A stretch of DNA of 64,000 nt, taken from the NCBI GenBank assembly GCA_047601875.1, contig JASGIL010000001.1, forward strand, positions 3,645,294 through 3,709,293, in the 5' to 3' direction. The stretch's first letter is position 1; every line of letters begins with the position of its first letter. Both the position numbers and the translations under genes were made by a program. Source of the DNA: Ferruginibacter sp. (GTDB lineage Bacteria > Bacteroidota > Bacteroidia > Chitinophagales > Chitinophagaceae). Positions 49,201 through 58,480 of the stretch are shown in pieces. The notes beneath the pieces are model-generated. The model was not told the origin of the DNA. It worked only from the letters and a program-made list of their open reading frames with translations, and made no database searches.

Positions 49201-50533
49201 TATTGGCCGTACAGGTGAGGTTAGAAACCTTGATGTTAAATCAGATCGTTTACTGAACACGATGAATATTCCTTACGGAGCTATATTGAATGTTAAGGAC
49301 GGACAGAAAGTTTCAAAAGGTGATGTTATCTGTACATGGGATCCATTCAACAACGTTATTGTTGCGGAAGTAAATGGTAAGATCAAGTTTGAAGCCGTAT
49401 TAGAGGGTATCACTTACCGTGATGAAGCTGATGAACAAACAGGTCACCGTGAAAAAGTGGTTATCGAAACAAAAGATAAAACCAAACTTCCATCTATCAT
49501 TGTAGAAGGAAAAGAAAAGAAAGCATATAACTTACCGGTAGGTTCACACATCGTTGTTGACGAAAATGAAGAAGTGAAGAGTGGCCAGGTGCTTGTGAAA
49601 ATTCCAAGGGTGTTAAGCAAACTGAAAGATATCACGGGAGGTCTTCCAAGGGTAACAGAATTGTTTGAAGCAAGAAACCCAAGCAACCCAGCGGTTGTTT
49701 GTGAGATCGATGGTGTTACAACTTTCGGGGCTATCAAACGTGGTAACAGGGAGATCATTGTTGAAGCAAAAGATGGTGTTGTTCGCAAATACCTGGTTCC
49801 ATTGAGCCGCCAGATCCTGGTGCAGGATGGTGACTTCGTAAAAGCAGGTGCTGCATTGAGTGATGGTCAGACTTCACCGGCAGATATTCTTGCGATCAAA
49901 GGGCCATTTGCAGTTCAGGAATATGTTGTGAACGAGATACAGGAAGTTTATCGTTTACAAGGTGTGAAGATCAATGATAAACACATCGAAGTAATCGTTC
50001 GCCAGATGATGCGTAAGATCAATATCGAAGATGCAGGTGATACTAAATTCCTTGAAGGAGATACAGAAGACAGGCTGGACTTCAACATAGAGAATGATTA
50101 TATCTATGATAAGAAAGTTGTTACTGAACATGGAGACAGCAGCAAATTAAAAACAGGCCAGATCGTTACACTTCGTGATATCAGGGAAGAAAATTCTGTA
50201 TTGAGAAGAGCAGATAAGAAACTTGTTGAATACCGCGATGCACATCCTGCAACTTCATCACCGTTGTTGCAAGGTATCACCAAGGCTTCATTGGGAACAC
50301 ATAGCTGGATATCTGCAGCATCATTCCAGGAAACGACCAAAGTATTAAGCTCTGCTGCAATACAAGGTAAGACAGATGAAATGCTTGGATTGAAAGAAAA
50401 CGTTATCACCGGCCATCACATCCCTGCAGGTACAGGTTTGCGTGAGTTTGAAAATATGATCGTTGGAAGCAAGGAAGAATATGAATTGCTGATGACTACC
50501 AAAGAAGCGATGAGCTTTGATGAAGAAGAATAA
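46241..50533 (+). CDS. rpoC: DNA-directed RNA polymerase subunit beta'
   Basis: 1430 aa, with a zinc motif CACGKYK...CDRCGVEV and the catalytic NADFDGDQM. Confidence 0.99.
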   Translation: MAFKKENRPRPTFSQITIGLASPDSILERSYGEVLKPETINYRTYKPERDGLFCERIFGPVKDYECACGKYKRIRYKGIVCDRCGVEVTEKKVRRERMGHIKLVVPVVHIWYFKSLPNKIGYLLGMSSKKLETIVYYERFVVIQSGIRADKGQNYGDLLTEEEYLDILDTLPKDNQMLPDEDPEKFIAKMGAEAVHAMLERLDLDQLSFDLRNAAANETSQQRKADALKRLSVVESFRDANTRINNRPEWMVMQYIPVIPPELRPLVPLDGGRFASSDLNDLYRRVIIRNNRLKRLLEIKAPEVILRNEKRMLQEAIDSLFDNSRKSNAVKAEGGRALKSLSDVLKGKQGRFRQNLLGKRVDYSGRSVIVVGPELKMHECGLPKDMAAELFKPFIIRKLIERGIVKTVKSARKLVDKKEAIIWDILENILKGHPVLLNSAPTLHRLSIQAFQPKLIEGKAIQLHPLVTTAFNADFDGDQMAVHVPLSNAAILEAQLLMLSSHNILNPQNGTPITLPSQDMVLGLYYITKGKKTMGDDIVRGEGKAFYSAEEVIIAYNEKQIDLHANIKVKVNWRNNDGTLVFKLIDTTVGRVIFNQFVPKEVGFINALLTKKALREIIGDIIKWTSVPITAKFLDDIKTLGYRMAFRGGLSFNINDLIIPAIKAELVENAQGEVAEVWDSYNMGLITNNERYNQIIDIWSRVDTKVTETLIRELATDKQGFNSVYMMLDSGARGSKQQIKQLAGLRGLMAKPRKSGSSGSEIIENPILANFKDGLSVLEYFISTHGARKGLADTALKTADAGYLTRRLVDVAQDVVINEEDCGTLRGIAAQALKDNEDVIEPLADRIEGRTSLHDVFHPVTEELILSAGEEISIDQAKKIDEIGIDTVEIRSVLTCESKRGVCVKCYGKNLASGYLAQRGDAVGIIAAQSIGEPGTQLTLRTFHVGGVAGSTSVESSLYAKFDGTIQFDGLRTVHTENAEGKKITVVIGRTGEVRNLDVKSDRLLNTMNIPYGAILNVKDGQKVSKGDVICTWDPFNNVIVAEVNGKIKFEAVLEGITYRDEADEQTGHREKVVIETKDKTKLPSIIVEGKEKKAYNLPVGSHIVVDENEEVKSGQVLVKIPRVLSKLKDITGGLPRVTELFEARNPSNPAVVCEIDGVTTFGAIKRGNREIIVEAKDGVVRKYLVPLSRQILVQDGDFVKAGAALSDGQTSPADILAIKGPFAVQEYVVNEIQEVYRLQGVKINDKHIEVIVRQMMRKINIEDAGDTKFLEGDTEDRLDFNIENDYIYDKKVVTEHGDSSKLKTGQIVTLRDIREENSVLRRADKKLVEYRDAHPATSSPLLQGITKASLGTHSWISAASFQETTKVLSSAAIQGKTDEMLGLKENVITGHHIPAGTGLREFENMIVGSKEEYELLMTTKEAMSFDEEE

Positions 50534-50563
50534 CTGAACATACTTTATAAATTCTAAAATGTG

Positions 50564-50596
50564 AGGAGCGGTGTTAAATACACCGCTCCTTTTTTG
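50564..50596 (+). terminator. Rho-independent terminator after rpoC
   Basis: aggagcggtg-ttaaata-caccgctcct followed by a T-run. Confidence 0.75.
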
Positions 50597-50621
50597 TTTA
50601 AAACGGTTAATTTAAGTAAGA

Positions 50622-51827
50622 TTGTATATGAGATTTTGTTTCGTCTTATTCTTTCTCTTTCTTATTACCAGTACCGAAGGACAAACAAACACAATTAAAG
50701 GAATTGTTGTTAGCGCAGATGGAAATTTTCCACTGGCAAACTGTAATGTTTTCATAAGTAATTCTTCAAAAGGTACCATGACGGATGCTGAGGGGAAATT
50801 TACTTTATCTCAAATTCCGGAAGGAAATTCCCTTGATCTTCTTGTATCAAACGCAGGATATGAAACTTACGTTTATACATTCTCAACAAAAGACCTGCCA
50901 CTGGATCTGAACATTAAACTCAATAAGAAAATAATTAATCTTGCTGCAGTGGTCATAACAAATGCTGATCCTAATGGATGGGAAAACTGGGGCAAGGTAT
51001 TCAGGGATAAATTTCTTGGTGAATCAGACAATGGAAACTCCTGTAAAATTGAAAATTTTGAAGTACTTAAATTTCGCTATAACAAACGAGAGAATAAACT
51101 GACTGTTGATGCCGACTCAATTCTCATTATAAAAAATGTAAGGCTTGGTTATATTGTCAAATACCAGTTGGAAGATTTTGTTTATAACATGAATGCACAA
51201 ACAATAAGATATACTGGTTACCCGGTTTTTGAAGAATTGGAACCTGATTCTAATAAACGTGTAGCCTATATAGCAAGAAGAAGCAGAACCTATATTGGAT
51301 CAATGCTTCATTTCATGCGGGCCGTTTACAATGATCAACTCGCCGAACAAAGATATAAAGTAGTAAAAACCGAACCTGAGGCCGGTTATGGTACGCTTGG
51401 AAATGATGGCAGGGCCATTCAAATTGATATTGGTGGTGCTGCAAGCAATGAGCCAAAGAAAAATAAACGATCCCAGAATGTAAACGAAGAGCAGGAAGGC
51501 AAAAAAGAAATAAAATATATTACCCGCAAGGATATTCTTTTTAAAGGCAGTGACAGCACAAGAAACGTTTTGTCATTCGATAATTATTTATCCATTACCA
51601 TCAATGAACCCGAAGATGAGGGATACGCACAGTTTACCGGGTACGAACAAAAAAGCAGGCTCTACATACTCACTGACGAAAAACGAATTACGATAGAGCC
51701 CAACGGTCGTTATTATCCTGCACTCGATCTGCTGATTGAGGGATATATGACATGGAAAAAAGTAGGGGATCTACTGCCATTCGATTATACCCCACCAGAG
51801 AAGAAAAAAAAGAGTAAAGTGCATTAA
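50622..51827 (+). CDS. secreted protein with an N-terminal carboxypeptidase-regulatory-like domain (paralog 1)
   Basis: Signal peptide, then IKGIVVSADGNFPLANCNVFISNSSKGTMTDAEGKFTL. Confidence 0.6.
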   Translation: MYMRFCFVLFFLFLITSTEGQTNTIKGIVVSADGNFPLANCNVFISNSSKGTMTDAEGKFTLSQIPEGNSLDLLVSNAGYETYVYTFSTKDLPLDLNIKLNKKIINLAAVVITNADPNGWENWGKVFRDKFLGESDNGNSCKIENFEVLKFRYNKRENKLTVDADSILIIKNVRLGYIVKYQLEDFVYNMNAQTIRYTGYPVFEELEPDSNKRVAYIARRSRTYIGSMLHFMRAVYNDQLAEQRYKVVKTEPEAGYGTLGNDGRAIQIDIGGAASNEPKKNKRSQNVNEEQEGKKEIKYITRKDILFKGSDSTRNVLSFDNYLSITINEPEDEGYAQFTGYEQKSRLYILTDEKRITIEPNGRYYPALDLLIEGYMTWKKVGDLLPFDYTPPEKKKKSKVH

Positions 51828-51865
51828 ATAGAAAATGATTTATTTTCAAAGTTTCTGCTTTAAGA

Positions 51866-51950
51866 AATATTCGATATTCAACGTACAATATTCAATACTC
51901 ATCGGAGTTACACCAGAACATTGAATATTGTACGTTGAATATCGAATATT
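51866..51950. repeat. word-hairpin family 1
   Basis: aatattcgatattcaacgtacaatattcaatactc ... gaacattgaatattgtacgttgaatatcgaatatt. Confidence 0.8.
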
Positions 51951-52012
51951 TTTTTTTAAAGCTTTGTAGTTAATGTATCAGCAAATCAGGTTTTAATGTG
52001 TAAGATTGTGCT

Positions 52013-53203
52013 ATGAAATTTTTCTTCTCTCTTATAGCATTACTCTGTATTAACATAGCAGTTGCACAAACAAATGCAATTATAGGAGTTGTTATAGATG
52101 CTGAAAAGAGTTTGCCATTGCCAAACAGCAATGTGTTTATCAGCAATACAAACAAAGGTATCATAACCGATAACGCAGGAAAATTCGCTTTGTATAATGT
52201 ACCGGAAGGTAAATCGCTGGAACTCGTTGTATCCTGTATCGGCTACGAAACTTTCACCTATACATTTTCTTCTACGCAGTTGCCACTTAATTTGAAGATC
52301 AGTTTGAATAACAAGATCGTTGAGATGAACAACCTGGTGATCATTCCTGTCGATACACGTGGTTGGGAAAAATGGGGACGAACCTTTATGAATAATTTTC
52401 TTGGCGAATCAGAGAATGGTTATGGTTGCGAGATAGAGAATAGCCGCAATATTAAATTCAGGTACAATAAGAAGGAAGGTGTACTGGAAGCATCATCTGA
52501 TGAAATGCTTATAATCAGGAATTATAAACTCGGATACTTTATAAAATACCAGTTGGAAAATTTTGTTTTGGATTTCAAAAAAAATCGTGTTAGCTATTCT
52601 GGTTACCCTTTGTTCCAGGAAATGGAACCCAACCAGCCATTGGATGCTGATTACAGGCGAAGAAGATTAAAAGCATACAATGGTTCTATTATGCATTTTA
52701 TACGAAGCCTGTATGCTGATAAATTAAAAGAAGAAGGATTTAAAGTAATGCGAATGGTTCGAACACTTGTTGATGATACGATAATCAACGACAGGAGATC
52801 AGCGCATAAATTATATGTGGTCGATTCGGCTGGTAATAAACAGGCTACTCGGAATATAATCAGGAAAACTTACAGGGATAAAATAGATACAATATTATTA
52901 TCGAGGGATAGCATTGTTTTCAGTGGGGCCGATAATATAAAAGATATTTTGTCTTTTAATAATTTCCTGTATGTTCAATACATGTTGGAGAAGGAACCGG
53001 CAGAGTACAGGAGCACATACCGGCTTGAACCAAAAAGAGATTTCCAGCTATCAAAATTTACAATTCTTAATGATGACAAAATAATACTGATAGCACCGGG
53101 TGGCTATTATTATCCCGGGCTTGAATTATTTGTAGAGGGATATCTTGCCTGGGAAAAAATAGGAGACCTGTTGCCGATGGATTATATGCCAGCAAAGGAT
53201 TAA
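52013..53203 (+). CDS. secreted protein with an N-terminal carboxypeptidase-regulatory-like domain (paralog 2)
   Basis: Collinear similarity to 50622-51827 along the whole length, for example WGKVFRDKFLGESDNG versus WGRTFMNNFLGESENG and GYIVKYQLEDFV versus GYFIKYQLENFV. Confidence 0.6.
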   Translation: MKFFFSLIALLCINIAVAQTNAIIGVVIDAEKSLPLPNSNVFISNTNKGIITDNAGKFALYNVPEGKSLELVVSCIGYETFTYTFSSTQLPLNLKISLNNKIVEMNNLVIIPVDTRGWEKWGRTFMNNFLGESENGYGCEIENSRNIKFRYNKKEGVLEASSDEMLIIRNYKLGYFIKYQLENFVLDFKKNRVSYSGYPLFQEMEPNQPLDADYRRRRLKAYNGSIMHFIRSLYADKLKEEGFKVMRMVRTLVDDTIINDRRSAHKLYVVDSAGNKQATRNIIRKTYRDKIDTILLSRDSIVFSGADNIKDILSFNNFLYVQYMLEKEPAEYRSTYRLEPKRDFQLSKFTILNDDKIILIAPGGYYYPGLELFVEGYLAWEKIGDLLPMDYMPAKD

Positions 53204-53354
53204 GCTTCAGGTTACAAGCTATAACTGCAAGCTGTTTTATAAGTTAAAAGGCTTTCACTATTTGCATGTTAAACTTCATTTTAAGATATGATCAAACATT
53301 TAATGTACTTGTTTTTCAGATACTGACCTGTAGCTTTGGGCTTATGGCTAGCAG

Positions 53355-54179
53355 CTATTTCTTAATTTTTCTAACCCTCACTTCATTGGCTGTATTTGTT
53401 TCCATCAGCCACATTGCGCCTTCATCATCAAATAAACCGCTGCAAGGTTTCCATGGGCCGGGACTGTAAACGACATTAGTAACCGTTCCTGTTGCTGTTA
53501 TTTTTTTTACAACCTGGCCACCCATTATTGCAACATAAATGTTTTCATTTTTATCAAGCCATATTCCATATACGTTATGATCCAGTGAAGTATATTCAAG
53601 AACAGAGGTTCTTTCATGAAGATCTTTTTTCAACAGTGTGAATTTTCCATTTTCTAATTTGTACAGATCGGTAAGATCCACAAAATAGATCGTGCCATTC
53701 TTTGCGGCATGCATCCACCTGATGTTTTTGAATTTTCCTTCTGCGATTGTTATTACCTGGCCATTTTTAGTTCTCTTTTTAAATTTACTAACGGTGAATC
53801 TCTGCACCCAATACATATTTCCTGCACCGTCTCTTACAAAAGAATAATCATTTAAAAATTCTCCCGTTTGATTGAGGATGGTATCAAGTTTACCGGTATG
53901 ACGCAGGCACCATACATAACGCCCCCATGTATTAAGTGTCTTGCCGTTATACCAGAGATGTTCGCCATAAAGGTCATCGTTTGCGTCCATATATAGCTCA
54001 TGCGTGTGTACGCCTGTTACAACAACGACTCGTTTTCCATCAACGGTTATTTTCCAGATGTTTTTTAAGTCTGTGTAATAAATATTTCCTTTGCTGTCTT
54101 TTACAATTCCGATACCCGGGTGTGCAGGAACAGCATAAGAAATAACAAGTGTCAAAAAAGGAATAAGAAAATATTTCAT
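53355..54179 (-). CDS. secreted beta-propeller-like repeat protein (NHL/SMP-30-like), function unknown
   Basis: Signal peptide plus recurring G-N-[IM]-Y-[YFW]-x-D type blades (GNIYYTD, GNMYWVQ, GTIYFVD, ENIYVAI). Confidence 0.4.
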   Translation of the reverse strand: MKYFLIPFLTLVISYAVPAHPGIGIVKDSKGNIYYTDLKNIWKITVDGKRVVVVTGVHTHELYMDANDDLYGEHLWYNGKTLNTWGRYVWCLRHTGKLDTILNQTGEFLNDYSFVRDGAGNMYWVQRFTVSKFKKRTKNGQVITIAEGKFKNIRWMHAAKNGTIYFVDLTDLYKLENGKFTLLKKDLHERTSVLEYTSLDHNVYGIWLDKNENIYVAIMGGQVVKKITATGTVTNVVYSPGPWKPCSGLFDDEGAMWLMETNTANEVRVRKIKK

Positions 54180-54188
54180 GGCTATACT

Positions 54189-55352
54189 TTAAATAGTTTC
54201 TGAGTCAATTTTTTCAAGCATTTGTTTAACAGCATCACCTGTATAATCCATATTAATGTATTTGGCAATTACTTTTCTTTTTTTATAAACGAATACTGTG
54301 TTTTTTGCACCAGGATTGATCAGGTAAATCCCACAGGTTTCAGCATCAACCGGTGAAGGAACCCACAACAATGCAACTTTTTTTAATTGCTGTTCTTCTG
54401 CCCATTTTATTAATTTACCACGCAGAATTTTTTGCCCTGTTTCATCATTGTACTTATACGCCGGATTCATATATACAAGAAAAACCCTGAAATTTGTTTC
54501 TCCTCTTTGTTGCATGGTTGTTTCCAGAAGGCTGACAAAATTTTTCATTTGTTCAAGATTTTTATGATTGAACCAAACCATAATACCCTGGCCCTTTCCA
54601 TATTTACACATGGGACATGCTTTCTTTTCTTTATCGATACCAGAAAGATGGATGGGATCAAAAGCCGGGCAATTAGCACCAATGGCTAACCCCGATAGTA
54701 AACCGGTATTTGAACTTGTTGGGTAGTTCAAAATATTTTTACCAAGATAAATATCCCTGTGTGCAACAAGTATCCCGTTTTCATTGGAAAGTTTTACAAT
54801 TCCATTACCGGCTTTTCCTGTATTTTCTTCTTTTCTTTTTTCGGGAGTAAGAAAAGGATCATCATCAAATAAATATGAATCGATGGAGTATTCATTTTTA
54901 TCTGTTTCTTTTACAATTGTATGAATGTGTTTTACTACAGTTGAATTTGGATAAGATGCAGGTAACAACGTGTAAAATTTATATTCACCTCTTTCATTTG
55001 TTTTCATCCAGCCACGTATATAACCTTGTTGCCTGGCCCATCCCTTCTCGTTGTTTTTATTTGAATAGTTTCCCGATTGGTCGGTATGATAGATAAAAAG
55101 TACCACATCTTTTGCGGGTGTTTTTCCATCTGCTTTGTAGATCACGCCGCTGATCATGAGTTTTGGGCCAGGTTCATTGAAATCAGGAAGTGTATCAACA
55201 TATGATAGTTTATCAAATGGTACAGGGCTTTCAAATACAGCTGTACAACCTTCACAAGGTTCGCCTACCCGCTGCGTGTGAGATTTTTTTTGAGAACAGG
55301 CACTCAATGTAAAAAGCAACATTGTAAAAAGTATCGCAACAAATGATTTCAT
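54189..55352 (-). CDS. lipoprotein: intradiol-dioxygenase-like N-terminal domain fused to a thioredoxin/redoxin-like C-terminal domain
   Basis: Lipobox LSACSQ. Motifs ISGVIYKADGKTPAKDVVLFIYHTDQSGNYS, YKFYTLLPASYP and VKHIHT. The C-terminal half has CPMC. Start set at the ATG at 55352. Confidence 0.5.
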   Translation of the reverse strand: MKSFVAILFTMLLFTLSACSQKKSHTQRVGEPCEGCTAVFESPVPFDKLSYVDTLPDFNEPGPKLMISGVIYKADGKTPAKDVVLFIYHTDQSGNYSNKNNEKGWARQQGYIRGWMKTNERGEYKFYTLLPASYPNSTVVKHIHTIVKETDKNEYSIDSYLFDDDPFLTPEKRKEENTGKAGNGIVKLSNENGILVAHRDIYLGKNILNYPTSSNTGLLSGLAIGANCPAFDPIHLSGIDKEKKACPMCKYGKGQGIMVWFNHKNLEQMKNFVSLLETTMQQRGETNFRVFLVYMNPAYKYNDETGQKILRGKLIKWAEEQQLKKVALLWVPSPVDAETCGIYLINPGAKNTVFVYKKRKVIAKYINMDYTGDAVKQMLEKIDSETI

Positions 55353-55540
55353 ATACTTAAGTTTTAAAACACAAATTTGTTCAAACAAAAAGGTGGGTAA
55401 AAATCTTTTACATCAATAGCATGCAATACTTGATGAACTGTGGAAATGGTCATTCGTCATGAAAAAATGCCCATTGGCGTAATCTGTTTTACCGTGTAGA
55501 ATCTGTACTTTTATTTTGCTGGTGGCTTATTTCCCAAAAA

Positions 55541-55789
55541 ACGTCATTGCGAGCAAATTTCTTAATGATGATCTACTTCGAGGATTGGAACGCAGATGAT
55601 ACGGATGAACGGATAATTACGGATCAATGCTGCTGACGCAGCATATCACTGATAATAAATTACTATTGATCCGTAATTTTTTGGAACAAAAAATAAATCC
55701 GTGTTCATCCGTTCATCCGTATCATCTGCGTTCCAATCATAGCTGTAGATAAAAATGAAAATTTTTGAACAGTTGTCCTCGCAATGACG
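55541..55789. repeat. about 250-bp nested palindrome (MITE-like) with CGTCATTGCGAG termini
   Basis: Outer 12-bp arms at 55541/55778. Perfect 32-bp arms at 55583-55614 / 55707-55738. Perfect 14-bp arms at 55615-55628 / 55665-55678. Central hairpin tgctg-acg-cagca. Confidence 0.8.
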
Positions 55790-55830
55790 AACCAGAAAAA
55801 TAAACTAAGGCCTTACTTTCATTTTGATAT

Positions 55831-56856
55831 ATGAAATACCCGGACTTTATATTCAGGAATAAACTCCACCATCTTTTTTTCTGGATGATGCTATTCGGGC
55901 TGTGGTATTTTTTAAGATACGAAGACTATTCTACAAACCTGAAAGCATTCCAGGTTACTTTCATTAAAGTGATTGATCTTGCTTTACTTGTTTATTTCAC
56001 CAATTATGTTTTCATTCCAAACCTGTTGTACAAAAAAAAGTATGGATGGTTCCTGCTTGTTTTTGTGTTGATGATCGTGATCAGTAGTGTTATAAAAATG
56101 TATATACTTGGCCGCCTTTTGAACAACCCGGCATTGTTATCATTAAGCGGTAATATCAAAGCAAGAATATATGATAATGTAATTCCTCATTTCTTTCTTG
56201 TTACATCGGGCGCTGCGATAAAACTAATGATCGATTACACCAGGATGCAACAAAGAGTAGTAGAGATGGCAAAAGAAAAAGCAGAAGCTGAATTGAATTT
56301 TCTTAAATCACAGATCAATCCGCATTTTCTTTTTAATACATTGAACTCTGTTTATTTCCTCATTGAAAAATCAAACCACGAAGCAAGGAATACACTGCAC
56401 AAATTTTCTGACATGCTTAGGTACCAGTTGTATGAAATGAGTGGAGATCGAATTCCTGTTGAAAAAGAAATACACTACCTGAACGATTATATCGATCTTC
56501 AAAAAATACGCAGGGATGAGCAACATAATATAATATTCAATTGTGCTGCGGAAGTAAAAGGTTTTTCAATTGAGCCATTATTGCTGATACCCTTTGTTGA
56601 AAATGCTTTTAAACATATTTCTCATCACAAGGATCAAAATGATTTTATCAAGATAAATATGCGGTATCAGCAGGGAGAATTTAAATTCAGCATAGAAAAC
56701 TCAAAAGAAAATACAATGCAAAAAAACGGAGCTCCGGGTGGTATTGGCCTTGAAAATGTTAAGAAAAGATTAGCGCTTTTATATCCACAAAAACATTCAT
56801 TGCATATAAATAATGGAACTGCTATTTATACTGTAGATTTAAGTATTAAAATATAA
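55831..56856 (+). CDS. LytS/YehU-type sensor histidine kinase
   Basis: Four to five TM helices, NPHFLFNTLNS (His_kinase), and an ATPase motif GGIGLENVKKRL. Confidence 0.85.
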   Translation: MKYPDFIFRNKLHHLFFWMMLFGLWYFLRYEDYSTNLKAFQVTFIKVIDLALLVYFTNYVFIPNLLYKKKYGWFLLVFVLMIVISSVIKMYILGRLLNNPALLSLSGNIKARIYDNVIPHFFLVTSGAAIKLMIDYTRMQQRVVEMAKEKAEAELNFLKSQINPHFLFNTLNSVYFLIEKSNHEARNTLHKFSDMLRYQLYEMSGDRIPVEKEIHYLNDYIDLQKIRRDEQHNIIFNCAAEVKGFSIEPLLLIPFVENAFKHISHHKDQNDFIKINMRYQQGEFKFSIENSKENTMQKNGAPGGIGLENVKKRLALLYPQKHSLHINNGTAIYTVDLSIKI

Positions 56857-56867
56857 TGATGTAAACC

Positions 56868-57596
56868 ATGGACATCAACTGTATTGTGATAGATGATGAG
56901 CCACTTGCAAGGAAAGGGCTCAAAGAATACATCGCCGACGTAGGATTTTTAAACCTGCAGGCAGAGTTTGATAATCCTGTCAGCGCTATGGAACTATTGA
57001 ATAAAGGTACAGTGCAATTGCTTTTTCTTGATATACAAATGCCCAAGATAACGGGATTGGATTTTTTTAAAACTTTATTGCATCCGCCACCCGTTATCTT
57101 TACTACTGCATATCCACAATACGCATTGGAAGGATTTGAAGTGAATGCACTTGATTACCTGGTTAAACCAATTTCTTTCGAACGTTTTTTTAAAGCAGCA
57201 GTAAAAGCAAGAGAATTTTACGAAGTGCGGCAAAAGAATATTACTGTATCAAGCCAGGAAAACCAGGCGCCCGATCATTTCTTTATAAAAACAGATAACA
57301 GGCTTGTTAAAATATTATTTGATGAATTATTATTTGTTGAGGCATTACAAAATTATGTAATGGTACATACCAAAGAGAAAAGCTATATGACTTACCTTAC
57401 TTTCAAATCGGTTGAAGATTATTTACCCACTGATAAATTTATCAAATCACATAAATCTTTTATTGTTTCCATTTCGGGGATCGATCATATTGACGGGAAC
57501 GAGATAAAGATAGGATCGCATCTTGTACCCATAAGCAGGAACCTTAAAGATGCACTGATGGACAGGATCGTGAAAGGAAAGTTTTTAAAACGGTAG
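56868..57596 (+). CDS. LytTR-family response regulator
   Basis: Receiver domain with CIVIDDEPLA...LLFLDIQMP, and a C-terminal LytTR DNA-binding domain. Confidence 0.85.
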   Translation: MDINCIVIDDEPLARKGLKEYIADVGFLNLQAEFDNPVSAMELLNKGTVQLLFLDIQMPKITGLDFFKTLLHPPPVIFTTAYPQYALEGFEVNALDYLVKPISFERFFKAAVKAREFYEVRQKNITVSSQENQAPDHFFIKTDNRLVKILFDELLFVEALQNYVMVHTKEKSYMTYLTFKSVEDYLPTDKFIKSHKSFIVSISGIDHIDGNEIKIGSHLVPISRNLKDALMDRIVKGKFLKR

Positions 57597-57599
57597 TTT

Positions 57600-57690
57600 T
57601 AATTGACAATTGACAGTGGACAATTGACAATGCCCACATATAGAAAACCTGTATTTAATTGTCAATTATCCATTGTTCATTGTCAATTGC
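57600..57690. repeat. word-hairpin (AATTGACAAT words), probable terminator
   Basis: aattgacaattgacagtggacaattgacaatg ... taattgtcaattatccattgttcattgtcaattg. Confidence 0.7.
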
Positions 57691-57779
57691 GAATTGGTTA
57701 AGCCTTTCATAAAAGTATAGTGGGAAATATGGTATTGTACGGCTTTGTAATTATCTTGCCGCCAAACAAAGCGTAATTA

Positions 57780-58391
57780 ATGAAGCATTTATCCTTAGTA
57801 TTGAATTTTGTGTTGATCATCGCGGTAGGCATCTTATTTTTCCTCCATTTTTCCAATAAAAAACCAGTTGATAAAAAAGCTCCGGCATTTGTGCCAACAG
57901 CCGGCGGAACGAATATGACCCGTCCAGCCATCGCTTATGTTGAACTTGATTCATTGAATGAAAAAATAAGCTATATAAAGAACAGGAGAAAGGAATTGGA
58001 AAAAGAACAAAATGCGATCGAATCCGAATGGGAAACCGGTTACAGGGGACTGGAAGAACAAAAGAATAATTTTTTAAAGAAGGGTAATGCCATTACACAG
58101 GAAGAAGCCCAGCAGTTTCAAAATCATTTATTGGGGCAACAGCAGCAAATAGACGAGAAGAAGCAGGCGCTTAATCAAAAGCTGAATGAAAAAAGTTACA
58201 AGTTTATGGATGACATTCAAACGAAATTGAAAGACTTTTTGGCTGAATACAACAAAGAAAAAAATTACATGTACATTTTTACTACAGGCACCGGGCTTGA
58301 TTATATGGTGTATAAAGACTCGTCTATGAATATCACTGATGATGTGATAGAGGGTATGAATAAAAAAATGAAGGCGTTGGGCGAACAATAA
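57780..58391 (+). CDS. OmpH/Skp-family periplasmic chaperone
   Basis: N-terminal TM/signal, a Gln/Lys/Glu-rich coiled coil, and a family-typical size of 203 aa. Confidence 0.7.
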   Translation: MKHLSLVLNFVLIIAVGILFFLHFSNKKPVDKKAPAFVPTAGGTNMTRPAIAYVELDSLNEKISYIKNRRKELEKEQNAIESEWETGYRGLEEQKNNFLKKGNAITQEEAQQFQNHLLGQQQQIDEKKQALNQKLNEKSYKFMDDIQTKLKDFLAEYNKEKNYMYIFTTGTGLDYMVYKDSSMNITDDVIEGMNKKMKALGEQ

Positions 58392-58414
58392 TGTAGATAG
58401 ATTTATTTAACTTG

Positions 58415-58445
58415 AATCCCGTTACCAAACGGGATTTTTTATTTT
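58415..58445 (+). terminator. Rho-independent terminator
   Basis: aatcccgtt-accaa-acgggatt followed by a T-run. Confidence 0.7.
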
Positions 58446-58480
58446 TACATTTACACATCCAATAAATTTAAAACTGCAGC

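Noticed and set aside
42892-50409. Numerous antisense or out-of-frame ORFs of 60-141 aa inside rpoB and rpoC, and similarly inside cphA, the Hsp70 gene, tuf and the C25 peptidase
   Set aside because: They lie wholly inside strongly supported long genes. Their compositions are typical of antisense frames of highly expressed genes.
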